A stretch of 64,000 bases of DNA from Gammaproteobacteria bacterium (GTDB lineage: Bacteria > Pseudomonadota > Gammaproteobacteria > UBA4575), in the NCBI GenBank assembly GCA_965221955.1, contig CBDCTA010000004.1, positions 64,001 to 128,000 on the forward strand, in the 5' to 3' direction. Positions 27,265 through 37,170 of this stretch are shown in pieces. The notes beneath the pieces were generated by a model that saw nothing but the letters and a program-made list of their open reading frames with translations, was not told the DNA's origin and did no database searches. Positions within the stretch are counted from its first letter, which is position 1. The number at the start of each line of letters is the position of its first letter. Both the position numbers and the translations under genes were made by a program.

Positions 27265-28158
27265 TTAATGAGAGGCAAAGTGAATTAAGTCGTCAGAGCT
27301 ATGATCAACTATCGTTTTACCCAAGCTAATTTTACCTTCACCCCATAAAGGAAATTCTTCGCGACGAAGATAAATACTACGACCATCTTCGGTTTGTACA
27401 TACGTACCATTAGTGCTCTGATCTCTTATTAGAAACTTGCCTCGGCGGTATTCGATAACTGCATGTTGTCTCGATACTAAAGTACCTTCAACAACGATAC
27501 CACTGTTTAAATCACGACCAATGGTTAATGCAGGCATGTTGGCAAGTAACGCTATTTCAGTATCTTCAAAAGACAACTGCAGTTTGGATGACTTCATATT
27601 TTCTAATGTAGTCGTACCAGATAAAATTTGCGTAGAAGCTTCCCCTTCCCACATTACTTCGTAAATTATAGTTTGTTCTTGACGGCCTTTAATACGTGAA
27701 GTGTCGTATCGACGTGTGAAATGGGCAATTTCTGGCGGTATGTGTTCTACCATGGCATCAGTGGCAATAATTTGCCCACCTTTTGCTATATCACGCATCG
27801 CGGCAGATACATTTACTGAATCACCATACATATCCGTAGCTTCAACAATTGCTGAACCATAATGCATGCCAATGCGTAGCGCTAAACGCACACCATTTGG
27901 ATCTACCGTATCTTTAGCGGTTTCTTGAAGTTTAAAAGCTGCTTGGAATGCTAACTCAGGATCAGTTAAGTAGCAAAGGATCTCATCACCGATAAATTTT
28001 ACTACTGTACCTTTATGTCGTTTAATAATTTCTGACATTCGTATAAGGCAACGTGCAATACTATCTTGAGCCAGTGTGTCGCCATATTCTTGATATAAAC
28101 GAGTACTTCCCGCGATATCAACGAACATTATGGTAACGTCTTTACTGTCTTTAGCCAT
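27265..28158 (-). CDS. Class III nucleotide cyclase + FHA domain protein
   Basis: FVDIAGST, KFIGDE, GDSVN; FHA motifs IGR, VSRQHA, DQSTNGT. Confidence 0.88.
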   Translation of the reverse strand: MAKDSKDVTIMFVDIAGSTRLYQEYGDTLAQDSIARCLIRMSEIIKRHKGTVVKFIGDEILCYLTDPELAFQAAFKLQETAKDTVDPNGVRLALRIGMHYGSAIVEATDMYGDSVNVSAAMRDIAKGGQIIATDAMVEHIPPEIAHFTRRYDTSRIKGRQEQTIIYEVMWEGEASTQILSGTTTLENMKSSKLQLSFEDTEIALLANMPALTIGRDLNSGIVVEGTLVSRQHAVIEYRRGKFLIRDQSTNGTYVQTEDGRSIYLRREEFPLWGEGKISLGKTIVDHSSDDLIHFASH

Positions 28159-28203
28159 GTGTGTGTTCTACTTAAAAACCTTTCTGTATTAAGATTTTCT
28201 TCT

Positions 28204-28860
28204 TCAGAATTTCTCTTCTAGGCTCATCAATTGGCCTTCATTATTAATATTAAGACGCCCAAGATAAGACATGCCAAGTAATGGTGTATTAGGGCTGTTA
28301 CCTTCGATAATTACTGCATCGACATTTCTTAGCATAATCTCCCCAACTTTGACTTGATCCAAATCTACTGAGTAAGCTAATTCCCTGCCTGAGGCCGTAG
28401 CCACTACAGTTTCTTCACCTTTAAGTTTATATTGTATCCCAAGTCGTTTCGCTAAGGCAGAATTTAATGCGATAACACTTGCACCAGTATCTATAAGAAA
28501 ATCAACAGTATATCCATTGATTGAACCCACCGTTTTAAACATACCATTGCTATCACGATAGATATTAACTTTTTTCCTCTCTGCTTTTGTGTAGCTCGCT
28601 TGTACTCGATTACCTAAATTATATTTAGATTGTTTACCATTTATTTCTAAAATTGCGTACTTACTACTTGCTTTAATTAACTTAACTCCCAGAGTAGCCG
28701 GCTCACCTACTTTCAATAAATGTTGTTCATCATCTATATTCACCATGGCTTTATTTTTGAATAATGCCATTACTTCAATATGTGAAATTTCTTTATTTGC
28801 AGCGGTGCTTGCTATTGAACAAATTAACAAACTCGTGAGGATGCATAACCGCATGAACAT
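28204..28860 (-). CDS. Clan AA retropepsin-like aspartic protease, exported
   Basis: Signal peptide, FLIDTGAS, LLGMSYL. Confidence 0.9.
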   Translation of the reverse strand: MFMRLCILTSLLICSIASTAANKEISHIEVMALFKNKAMVNIDDEQHLLKVGEPATLGVKLIKASSKYAILEINGKQSKYNLGNRVQASYTKAERKKVNIYRDSNGMFKTVGSINGYTVDFLIDTGASVIALNSALAKRLGIQYKLKGEETVVATASGRELAYSVDLDQVKVGEIMLRNVDAVIIEGNSPNTPLLGMSYLGRLNINNEGQLMSLEEKF

Positions 28861-28869
28861 GATATAGGC

Positions 28870-29955
28870 TTAGTTTACAGCTTCAGATTTTTTGAGATAT
28901 TTCATGAACTGACTTTTATCATTAGCGGCTTCAAAAGCTGCTTCTGGCGTTATTTTCTCTTCCTCAAGTAGCTTCTTGATTGCGGTATCCATGCTTTGCA
29001 TACCAAAACTGCGACCACCTTGAATAGAGTTATCGATTTGATCTGTTTTTCCTTCGCGAATGATATTTGCCATTGCAGGTGTATTCACCATGATTTCAAC
29101 AGCTGCTGCTCGGCCATTGCCATCTTTTGTTTTAATAAGCTGTTGTGAAATAACAGCACGTAATGAAGTCGATAACATAGTTCGTATGTGGTCTTGTTTA
29201 TTAGTTGGGAAAGCATTAATGATTCGATCTACGGTAGATGCAGCACTGTTCGTATGTAAAGTACCTAATACCATAATCCCTGTTTCTGCTGCGGTAACTG
29301 CCAAGCTCATGGTTTCAAGATCACGCATCTCACCCACCAGAATAACGTCTGGGTCTTCACGTAAAGCTGAATGCAATGCACTTGCAAACGATTTTGCGTG
29401 TTGTCCAACTTCACGTTGACTCATTAAACAATTTTTTTGTTCATGCACAAATTCAACCGGATCTTCAATGGTTAAAACATGTCCCTTCAAAGAGTTATTA
29501 ATTTCATTAACCATTGCAGCTAACGTGGTGGACTTACCAGAACCTGTTTTACCTGTAACAAGTATCATTCCGGCTTTTTGCCGACTGATACTTGCTAAAA
29601 TTTCAGGCATTTTTAAATCTTCTAAAGAAGCGGTTTCAGCAGGGATAGAGCGAAAAATTGCACCTACTCCATTTAGATGCCTAAAAGCATTAACCCTAAA
29701 GCGTCCAGTACCTTCTATGCTATAAGCAAAATCAGCGTTATCCTCATTCTCAAATATCGTTTTAGAACGTGGCGGCATGATTTTTAACATAGGTTCAAGT
29801 AATTCTTTCGCACTAAGCGCATCTTCAGAAATTGCCTCTAAATCACCATATACCCGCATTCTTGGTGGATCATTGGAGACTAAATGTAAATCAGACCCTC
29901 CACGTGCAACTAACATTTCTAAAAGTGTATCAATATCAACCATGAATATACTCAA
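28870..29955 (-). CDS. PilT/PilU family ATPase (paralog 2)
   Basis: GSDLHL, GKTGSGKSTT, EDPVE, LREDPDVILVGEMRD, TLHT. Confidence 0.9.
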   Translation of the reverse strand: MSIFMVDIDTLLEMLVARGGSDLHLVSNDPPRMRVYGDLEAISEDALSAKELLEPMLKIMPPRSKTIFENEDNADFAYSIEGTGRFRVNAFRHLNGVGAIFRSIPAETASLEDLKMPEILASISRQKAGMILVTGKTGSGKSTTLAAMVNEINNSLKGHVLTIEDPVEFVHEQKNCLMSQREVGQHAKSFASALHSALREDPDVILVGEMRDLETMSLAVTAAETGIMVLGTLHTNSAASTVDRIINAFPTNKQDHIRTMLSTSLRAVISQQLIKTKDGNGRAAAVEIMVNTPAMANIIREGKTDQIDNSIQGGRSFGMQSMDTAIKKLLEEEKITPEAAFEAANDKSQFMKYLKKSEAVN

Positions 29956-31034
29956 CCTGCTTTGGGTAATAAGTCAGGATCAGAAACAAACTGTTGAAAG
30001 AGTTTCTTGTCGTTAGCATGCAAATAGGCGTCATCTGGATCCACTTCTTTATTTTGTACTGCAGTAAGCAATGCTTGATCCTTTAACTGCATACCGATTG
30101 AACTTCCTGTTTGTATTTGATTCGGGATTTGGAAGGTTTTGTCAGACATGACCAAATTAGAAATTGCATTATTCATAATCATAATTTCTACAATTGCACG
30201 TCGACCTCTACCATCTACCGTTTTAACCAGCTCTTGGGTCACTACAGCATGTAAGTTTTGTGATAAAAATATTTTTCCTTGTCCTTGCTGTTCTGCAGGT
30301 AATGCATCAATGATACGGTCAATAGATTTAGTTGCTGAAGTAGTATGTAAAGTACCGAACACTAAATGACCCGTTTCAGCTGCAAGCATTGCCATACTAA
30401 TAGTTTCAGAATCTCGCATCTCACCCACTAGAATAATATCTGGGTCTTGGCGTAATGATGCACGCAAGCCATCACCAAAACTATTCAAGTGTGTTCCTAC
30501 TTCACGTTGAATAACTTGTGAATTCATGCTTGGATGAATAAATTCAATTGGGTCTTCAAGAGTAATAATATTTTCTTTGCGTGTATTATTGATATGGTGA
30601 ATAAGCGAAGCTAAAGTCGTAGACTTACCTGTGCCGGTTGAGCCCGTTACTAACACCATACCTTGTTTAAACTCTGCAAAGGTTTTAATTACAGGAGGTA
30701 GTTTTAATGACTCAAATGCAGGAATCTCTGTTGGTATATGTCGAAACGTAGCACCTATTCCAGATGTTTTTCTAAACAGATTGACACGAAAACGTCCTAC
30801 ACCTTCAGACATGTAGGAAAAATCTAAATCGTCTCCTTTACGAAATTTTTCCTTTTGTGATTTTGATAGTATTTCACTCATATATCCTTCTAGTTCGCTA
30901 TCACCAAGGTCACGGAATTTAATCGGCATAAGGTCTCCGTGCATACGAAACATAGGAGGCACCCCTACAGCTAGATGAATATCTGAGCAGCTTTGCTCGC
31001 GCCCCAATTTCAAGAATGCATCAATTCTAGCCAT
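29952..31034 (-). CDS. PilT/PilU family ATPase (paralog 1)
   Basis: SDIHL, GSTGTGKSTT, EDPIE, LRQDPDIILVGEMRD, TLHT. Confidence 0.9.
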   Translation of the reverse strand: MARIDAFLKLGREQSCSDIHLAVGVPPMFRMHGDLMPIKFRDLGDSELEGYMSEILSKSQKEKFRKGDDLDFSYMSEGVGRFRVNLFRKTSGIGATFRHIPTEIPAFESLKLPPVIKTFAEFKQGMVLVTGSTGTGKSTTLASLIHHINNTRKENIITLEDPIEFIHPSMNSQVIQREVGTHLNSFGDGLRASLRQDPDIILVGEMRDSETISMAMLAAETGHLVFGTLHTTSATKSIDRIIDALPAEQQGQGKIFLSQNLHAVVTQELVKTVDGRGRRAIVEIMIMNNAISNLVMSDKTFQIPNQIQTGSSIGMQLKDQALLTAVQNKEVDPDDAYLHANDKKLFQQFVSDPDLLPKAG

Positions 31035-33422
31035 TTATACTTCTGCCTGTTCAACTGCATTTTTAAATTCAGTCATATTTTGAAAACGATGTTCTGGTTT
31101 TACGCTCATCGCTTTAGATACTACATCACTAAGTTCTTGTGAAACTTCTTCATTCTTCTCGCATACCTTCGCTGCTTTGCCTTGTACATGCTGATACATA
31201 ATCGACATACTATCTTTACCAGAGTACGGAGGTTTCCCGGTTAACATTTCGTACATAATTGCACCTAAGCTGTAGATATCTGTACGCTCGTCTACTTCTT
31301 TTCCAAGTACTTGCTCAGGCGCCATATACGTCGGCGTGCCAACTAATAAGCCTGTTTTAGTTAATTTTGTATCTGTTGATTGCGTCGCTGCTGCTACACC
31401 AAAATCAACGATTTTTAAGTGATTATCTTCATTGATAAGAATATTGTTTGGTTTTAAATCACGATGCACAACATTTGCAGCATGAGCACTTTCCATTCCA
31501 CTACACACGTCGAAAGTAAATTTCTTAGCTCTTTCTATATCCATTGGTTTCTTATCTTTTACTTCGGCACTTAGGGTATGACTTCTAAAATATTCCATAG
31601 AAATAGCATGCGCTTTGCCAAACGACACCATGTCATAAATACGGATAACATTAGGATGAGTAATCTTACGTGCAAAACGGAGCTCGTAAATAAAGCGTTT
31701 AATAATGCTCTCATCAGTAACAAATTGAGTATTTAAAAACTTAAGGATAATCTCTTCACTAATCATCGTGTCCTCAACCAAGAACACTGAACCAAATGCG
31801 CCTTTACCAATTTTCTTAATGTAGCGATAACGATCTGCCAGCATATCATCAGGTTGCATATCATCTGGATTTACCGTCTTACTTTCTATAGAAGTGTCCC
31901 CACGAGTGATCTTACCTTTCATGGTGACGGTATCTTTGCTTATATCAATCTCATCAACTTCATCTTTGAATACTTCGATGGAAGAACTATCAGGTTCTTG
32001 TTCGACAATATGGTTAATCGCTTCTTGTCCTAGCTCTTGTACCTCTTCTGAGTGATTAGCAATAACCTTGTCAATTGCCTTAACTACGAGCTCTACTTTA
32101 TTTTCAGAGGTAATCACCATTAAGGTTTTAATAGCTTCTTTAATAATATTTTCTGATTTCGATTTTAATTGATTTACTGTAACCGTAATGGCCTCTTCTG
32201 CTTTTAAGGTGGCAAATGCTTTTAGCAAGACTACTATCATCGCTTCATTATCGGGGTTATTACTCAGCATATTCACCAAGACAGGAATACACTTTTTATT
32301 ACCAAGCTCTGCAAGGCCATCAATTGCTCGCTCTCTCACCCACCAGTCAGAATCATCTAATGATTGCACCAAAGCATCAAAAGTACTTTCATCTTTAGTT
32401 GCATTAATAATTTCAATCGCTGAGCGTCGAATAAACTCGTCATCGTCTTTAATTAATTGAATTACAGCCTGAACGACACGTTTACCACCAATTTTTCCTA
32501 GGGCATCTGCAGCCCGGCTACGTACCCACCAATCTTCATCTTTAATTGCATTCAGAAGGTCTTTAACTGACTCTTTGCTCGCAATTTCATTTAAAACTTC
32601 GACTGCCGCTCTACGAGTATATTCAGACTCGTCTTTTAAATGAGGTATCAGATGTAAGACGGTTTTAGGATGATTAGTTTTTACAATTGCTTCTATCGCT
32701 TTGTTTTGGACTTTATAATCAGGGTCACTGATAAGGGTACAAAGCTTTTCAATATCATTGATCTTATTTGAACGAGCTAAGCCATCCAATGCTGCAAGAC
32801 GAACGGCTTTGTTTTCGTCCGAAAGTAATTTGCTTAAAGATTCGATCACACTCGGCATGTCAAATTTAGACATGACTTTTGTAATGTATGTGCGAATGAT
32901 TGGATCTTTTGTATCCACACGGTTCACAAGCTCAGGAACGATTGTATCGTTTGCAATAGACTCTAATAATTTAAATAATGCTGCTTGGTCGTTATGCTCC
33001 AGCTTATATGCATAACGTAATAATTTTGAACCATTTACTTTTTGTTTTTGCGCTGTCAACAGACTAATTACCATCGGCTTTGAGGCATTTTGTTTTTCAA
33101 ACAAATCAACAAATCGATTTGGATCAATTTCAGTAGATTTTGAGAGTGCTTCAACGACACCATCTCTCACTTGATTATTTTGGTGCGAAAATAGTGGTTT
33201 AAAATATTCAGAATTTTTAAGAGTTGCCAAGTCAGATAAAATTTGCACGATACTTTTGGCTTGCTCTTGGTTTGCACCTTCAAGGCGAACAGCAAGTTTT
33301 GGAATCGCTTTACCTGCTATTTTTTGGAGTTTACTCAGGTTCTTCTGATAATCTCCACCAGAACCTTGCGAGATGATTTGATCAATCGTTCCATCTACGC
33401 GAATTGCGCCTAATACACCCAT
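31035..33422 (-). CDS. HEAT-repeat + Hanks-type Ser/Thr protein kinase
   Basis: Repeated L.D....VR..A..AL HEAT units; GKGAFG, HRDLKPNN, DFG, YMAPE. Confidence 0.92.
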   Translation of the reverse strand: MGVLGAIRVDGTIDQIISQGSGGDYQKNLSKLQKIAGKAIPKLAVRLEGANQEQAKSIVQILSDLATLKNSEYFKPLFSHQNNQVRDGVVEALSKSTEIDPNRFVDLFEKQNASKPMVISLLTAQKQKVNGSKLLRYAYKLEHNDQAALFKLLESIANDTIVPELVNRVDTKDPIIRTYITKVMSKFDMPSVIESLSKLLSDENKAVRLAALDGLARSNKINDIEKLCTLISDPDYKVQNKAIEAIVKTNHPKTVLHLIPHLKDESEYTRRAAVEVLNEIASKESVKDLLNAIKDEDWWVRSRAADALGKIGGKRVVQAVIQLIKDDDEFIRRSAIEIINATKDESTFDALVQSLDDSDWWVRERAIDGLAELGNKKCIPVLVNMLSNNPDNEAMIVVLLKAFATLKAEEAITVTVNQLKSKSENIIKEAIKTLMVITSENKVELVVKAIDKVIANHSEEVQELGQEAINHIVEQEPDSSSIEVFKDEVDEIDISKDTVTMKGKITRGDTSIESKTVNPDDMQPDDMLADRYRYIKKIGKGAFGSVFLVEDTMISEEIILKFLNTQFVTDESIIKRFIYELRFARKITHPNVIRIYDMVSFGKAHAISMEYFRSHTLSAEVKDKKPMDIERAKKFTFDVCSGMESAHAANVVHRDLKPNNILINEDNHLKIVDFGVAAATQSTDTKLTKTGLLVGTPTYMAPEQVLGKEVDERTDIYSLGAIMYEMLTGKPPYSGKDSMSIMYQHVQGKAAKVCEKNEEVSQELSDVVSKAMSVKPEHRFQNMTEFKNAVEQAEV

Positions 33423-33606
33423 ATTTCCTAGTAGCTTGTTTGTTTACTTAATTTTTAACTGTGAAATTTGCGAGCTCATTTAGCCCGAACCCGTCCCCCT
33501 CACATAGCCTAAATCTGGCTTTGAGAAACGGCTATATCTATCTGAAATATAGTAGTATATTCCTCAACCCGTTGAGTTTACCTTGCCTAGTGAGCCAGGT
33601 CATGGA

Positions 33607-34092
33607 TTACAGGATTTTGGCCGACCAAATCACGAGATGCAGGGATAGCAGGCTGTAAAAAGCAGCAAGGACATCGTCTAGCATGATCCCTAGTCCTCCC
33701 TTGACACGTTTGTCTAGAATTGAGATTGGCCAAGGCTTCCAGATATCGAATAGACGAAATAAGAGAAACCCCATTACCACCCAATACCACGTTACTGGCA
33801 CGAAGAGCATGGTAATTAAATAGCCCACTATCTCATCAATCACGATACCGGGGTGATCATGCACATTGAGTGCATTTGCTGTCAGGCCAGCGGCCCAACA
33901 ACCTACAAAGAATAATGTAGTTAAAAAAATCAAATAAATAATGGGTGAGAAAGCAGTCACAAGTAAAAATATCGGAATAGCAACTAGAGTCCCCATCGTT
34001 CCAGGAGCAATCGGCGAAAAACCTGCCCCAAATCCAAACGAAAACATATGTACTGGATTGCGTAAAACAATTTGTCTAATAATGTCTGACAT
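33607..34092 (-). CDS. pgpA: Phosphatidylglycerophosphatase A
   Basis: APGTMGT, HDHPGIVIDE, FRLFDIWKP, GIMLDD. Confidence 0.95.
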   Translation of the reverse strand: MSDIIRQIVLRNPVHMFSFGFGAGFSPIAPGTMGTLVAIPIFLLVTAFSPIIYLIFLTTLFFVGCWAAGLTANALNVHDHPGIVIDEIVGYLITMLFVPVTWYWVVMGFLLFRLFDIWKPWPISILDKRVKGGLGIMLDDVLAAFYSLLSLHLVIWSAKIL

Positions 34093-34097
34093 CTTCG

Positions 34098-35064
34098 TTA
34101 CGTAAAATGATCAAAGCCAAGTGGTTTGGGTAAGCCCATTGGTTTGCCTTTATTTAGCAGACAAATGTTTGATCCTGTCACTATTTTTCCTATTTCGGTA
34201 ACCATAATGCTTTGAGCGACAAATATTTGTTCCAGTTTATCTTGATCTTTTGATTTGATAGTAAAAATAAGTTGATAATCTTCACCTGAGCTCAAAACGT
34301 TGCTTACCACTTCAGAATCTTTTAAATAGCTATTGTAATTGTTTTGAAATAGGTATTTTCTCTACATCGATTACAGCACCTTTGTTGCTCGCCGAAAGCA
34401 AGCGATTTAAGTCGATCAAAAAACCATCTGAAATATCTATAGCTGCATTTGCAATTCCTGTGATTAGTCTGGATACATCGAGTCTAGGCGTCGGTTGTTG
34501 AAGATGAGTTAAGAAATAGTCTTGATCCTTTTGGTTAACATTTAAATCATTATCATTTTTAAGCTTTAGCCCAAACCCTGCATCACCAAGATATCCAGTC
34601 ACATAAAGCAAATCATCAACTTGACAATTATTACGTAATAATGATTGTTCATCTTTTAAATATCCAATTACTTGAATAGTGATCGATAAAGGTCCCTTGA
34701 CAAGATCGCCACCAATAAGTCGCACACCATGTTGTTCTGCTAAGTTATATAATCCATCAGAAAATCTTTTTAACCAATGATGGTCAACTTCAGATAAAGA
34801 TAAACTTAACGTTGCCCATAAAGGTATTGCACCCATCGCTGCAATGTCACTTAAACTAACAGCAAGTGATTTATGACCAACATATTTTGCATCACAGTCT
34901 GCTAAAAAATGTATGCCTACGTTAAGTGTATCTGTAGTAACAACAAGTTTTGAATTCTCAGGTGGATTTACTACTGCTGCATCATCTCCAACTCCTACTA
35001 TTACAGACTTAGAGGCTGTTTGATGCCGTGAAAAATACTTATCGATTAAAGTTTGTTCAGTCAA
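34098..35064 (-). pseudogene. thiL: Thiamine-monophosphate kinase, frameshifted near 34330 (probably sequencing error)
   Basis: GVGDDAA, SDIAAMG, GGD and DISDG in 34330-35064; the C-terminal GEDYQLIFT...GFDHF is in another frame. Confidence 0.88.
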
Positions 35065-35084
35065 GCCGAGATATCTATCAGAGT

Positions 35085-35492
35085 TTAGATTCGTAATTCC
35101 ACTACTTTATCTAGCACACCATTAACAAACTTATAACCTTCAACCGAACCAAATTTTTTACATAAATTAATTGCCTCCGAAAGTACGACTTTTATCGGAG
35201 TTTCTGGCTTATGCATTATTTCATAGGTAGCAAAAAGTAAAATAGCTTTCTCGATTGGGTCAATCTGCTCAGAGGGTAAATTTAAATAGGGTGAAAAGGT
35301 ACTAGTAAGTGACCGCTCTTGACCAATAGATTCGCTTACTAAATCAACAAAATAATCTTTATCTACCTTATGCCAATTTTCATCTTCAACATATTGCGCT
35401 AACAACTCATCTATACTGTTCCCACTCAATTGCCACTGATATAGAGCCTGCAGTGCTAATCTTCGTGACCAATGACGTTTTTGTGGTTGCAC
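35085..35492 (-). CDS. nusB: Transcription antitermination factor NusB
   Basis: RRLALQALYQW, EAINLCKKFG, FVNGVLD. Confidence 0.95.
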   Translation of the reverse strand: MQPQKRHWSRRLALQALYQWQLSGNSIDELLAQYVEDENWHKVDKDYFVDLVSESIGQERSLTSTFSPYLNLPSEQIDPIEKAILLFATYEIMHKPETPIKVVLSEAINLCKKFGSVEGYKFVNGVLDKVVELRI

Positions 35493-35507
35493 AGATCGCT
35501 CTTATCA

Positions 35508-35981
35508 CTAGATAGACTTAAGAGCATTAATCATTTCTAGCACACATAAAGCCGCATCACGCCCTTTGTTATGCTCAATATTTGTTGTAGAAGATCTCTC
35601 TAATGCTTGTTCAGTGCTATCCGTTGTTAATACACCAAACGCAATCGGAATATTGGTTTCTAGGTTCGCTTGCTGAATTCCAGCTGATACGCCATTACAA
35701 ACATACTCAAAATGAGGCGTGTCTCCTCGTATAACACAACCCAATGCAATCACTGCATCATAGTCGCTCTTGGCTAATATTTTACTAGCTAGAGGCAATT
35801 CAAATGCACCAGGAACATGCATTTGAAAAATATCAGTTTCACTAACATCGTTATCTAATAAGGTTTGATGCGCAGCAGTACGCATTGCCTCAACAATCTC
35901 ACCGTTAAAACGTGCAGCAACAATAGCAATTTTTTTATTCTTGCCAGAGTAATTTGCCCCTATAGTTTCACTATGTTTCAT
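35508..35981 (-). CDS. ribH: 6,7-dimethyl-8-ribityllumazine synthase
   Basis: ARFN, VPGAFELP, GCVIRGDTPHFEYV, NKG. Confidence 0.96.
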   Translation of the reverse strand: MKHSETIGANYSGKNKKIAIVAARFNGEIVEAMRTAAHQTLLDNDVSETDIFQMHVPGAFELPLASKILAKSDYDAVIALGCVIRGDTPHFEYVCNGVSAGIQQANLETNIPIAFGVLTTDSTEQALERSSTTNIEHNKGRDAALCVLEMINALKSI

Positions 35982-35991
35982 AATTTATCTT

Positions 35992-36588
35992 TCATGATTT
36001 GGCTTGAATAATACGCTCTAAATACCTAGCGATTAAATCAACTTCAATGTTTACTCTATCTTGAACTTTAATCGCATTTAGCGTCGTATTCGTTAATGTA
36101 TGCGGAATAATTGTGATGCAACACTGGTCACCTTTGACTTTATTAACAGTCAAACTGACTCCATTGATGCAAATGGAACCTTTAACCGCAATATACTTAC
36201 TCAAATTTTCAGGTGCTTGGATCCATAAAATAGTTTCATTTTCCTTGTCTTCACGCTGTACTAAAGCACCTAAACCATCAACATGTCCACTAACAAAGTG
36301 TCCTCCAAGACGCGTTGAAGGGGTAACTGCGCGTTCTAAATTTACTTGACTATTATCTGAAATATAACCAAAGCTAGTACATTTTTGCGTCTCTTGTGAC
36401 ACATCAACATAGAATGAATCAGCTTGAACATCATAAGCAGTTAAGCATACCCCATTTACTGCAATACTATCGCCTTGTTGTACTCCTTGAATAAAATCAT
36501 TAGATGCTTGAATCTGATATTGATGAATGTCTTGTTTATTGGCAACACTATGAATATTACCAACTTCTTCAATGATACCGGTAAACAT
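35992..36588 (-). CDS. ribE: Riboflavin synthase alpha chain
   Basis: MFTGII, GDSIAVNGVCLT, LGGHFVSGHVDG. Confidence 0.96.
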   Translation of the reverse strand: MFTGIIEEVGNIHSVANKQDIHQYQIQASNDFIQGVQQGDSIAVNGVCLTAYDVQADSFYVDVSQETQKCTSFGYISDNSQVNLERAVTPSTRLGGHFVSGHVDGLGALVQREDKENETILWIQAPENLSKYIAVKGSICINGVSLTVNKVKGDQCCITIIPHTLTNTTLNAIKVQDRVNIEVDLIARYLERIIQAKS

Positions 36589-36591
36589 AGT

Positions 36592-37164
36592 TCAGCTAAT
36601 TAAATCGATAGTATAAGAAGTTAAAGGTAAGGCTGTAGCATTGTTAAATGTTGCACCTGCTTCAACACCGACTTTTGCAATCTCTTCAGCATTGTCTAAA
36701 CGATCATAAATCGCATACATCGCCCCTAATGCAATATCTCCCCCTGAGCCAACCGCCCAAAATCTCGAGTATTCGAATACTTCACGCAATGCATATACAG
36801 CATAAATACCATGTGGGTTAATTAACAATGTATCAATCCTTGATGACTCGTAAGGATCTTCCTCCTCATCTTTCGGATTTAAATAGTATTCTTCTTTAAG
36901 CACAGGATGTAATTTACGAAATGACTCAAAAATCTCTAATTGAGAACTGAAATTTAAATCCTTTCCATGCTTAGCTAACAAGCTTTGTATAACAATATGA
37001 TGCGCAGCACTTCCAACTATTCCGAAATAATTGCCCTGGTGTAAATATATTTTGTCGTGTGTATTGTCAAACTCGCTAGATTGCTTGACTTCGCCAAAAG
37101 TAGTAAGCGTATCTGCTGCAATACACGCCTTACCATTCTTTTTAACTGCTACGATTGTGGACAT
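36592..37164 (-). CDS. Proteasome-like Ntn hydrolase (HslV/BPH-like)
   Basis: MSTIVAVKK..ACIAAD, DKI, WAVGSG..IALGA. Confidence 0.8.
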   Translation of the reverse strand: MSTIVAVKKNGKACIAADTLTTFGEVKQSSEFDNTHDKIYLHQGNYFGIVGSAAHHIVIQSLLAKHGKDLNFSSQLEIFESFRKLHPVLKEEYYLNPKDEEEDPYESSRIDTLLINPHGIYAVYALREVFEYSRFWAVGSGGDIALGAMYAIYDRLDNAEEIAKVGVEAGATFNNATALPLTSYTIDLIS

Positions 37165-37170
37165 CTTTTT

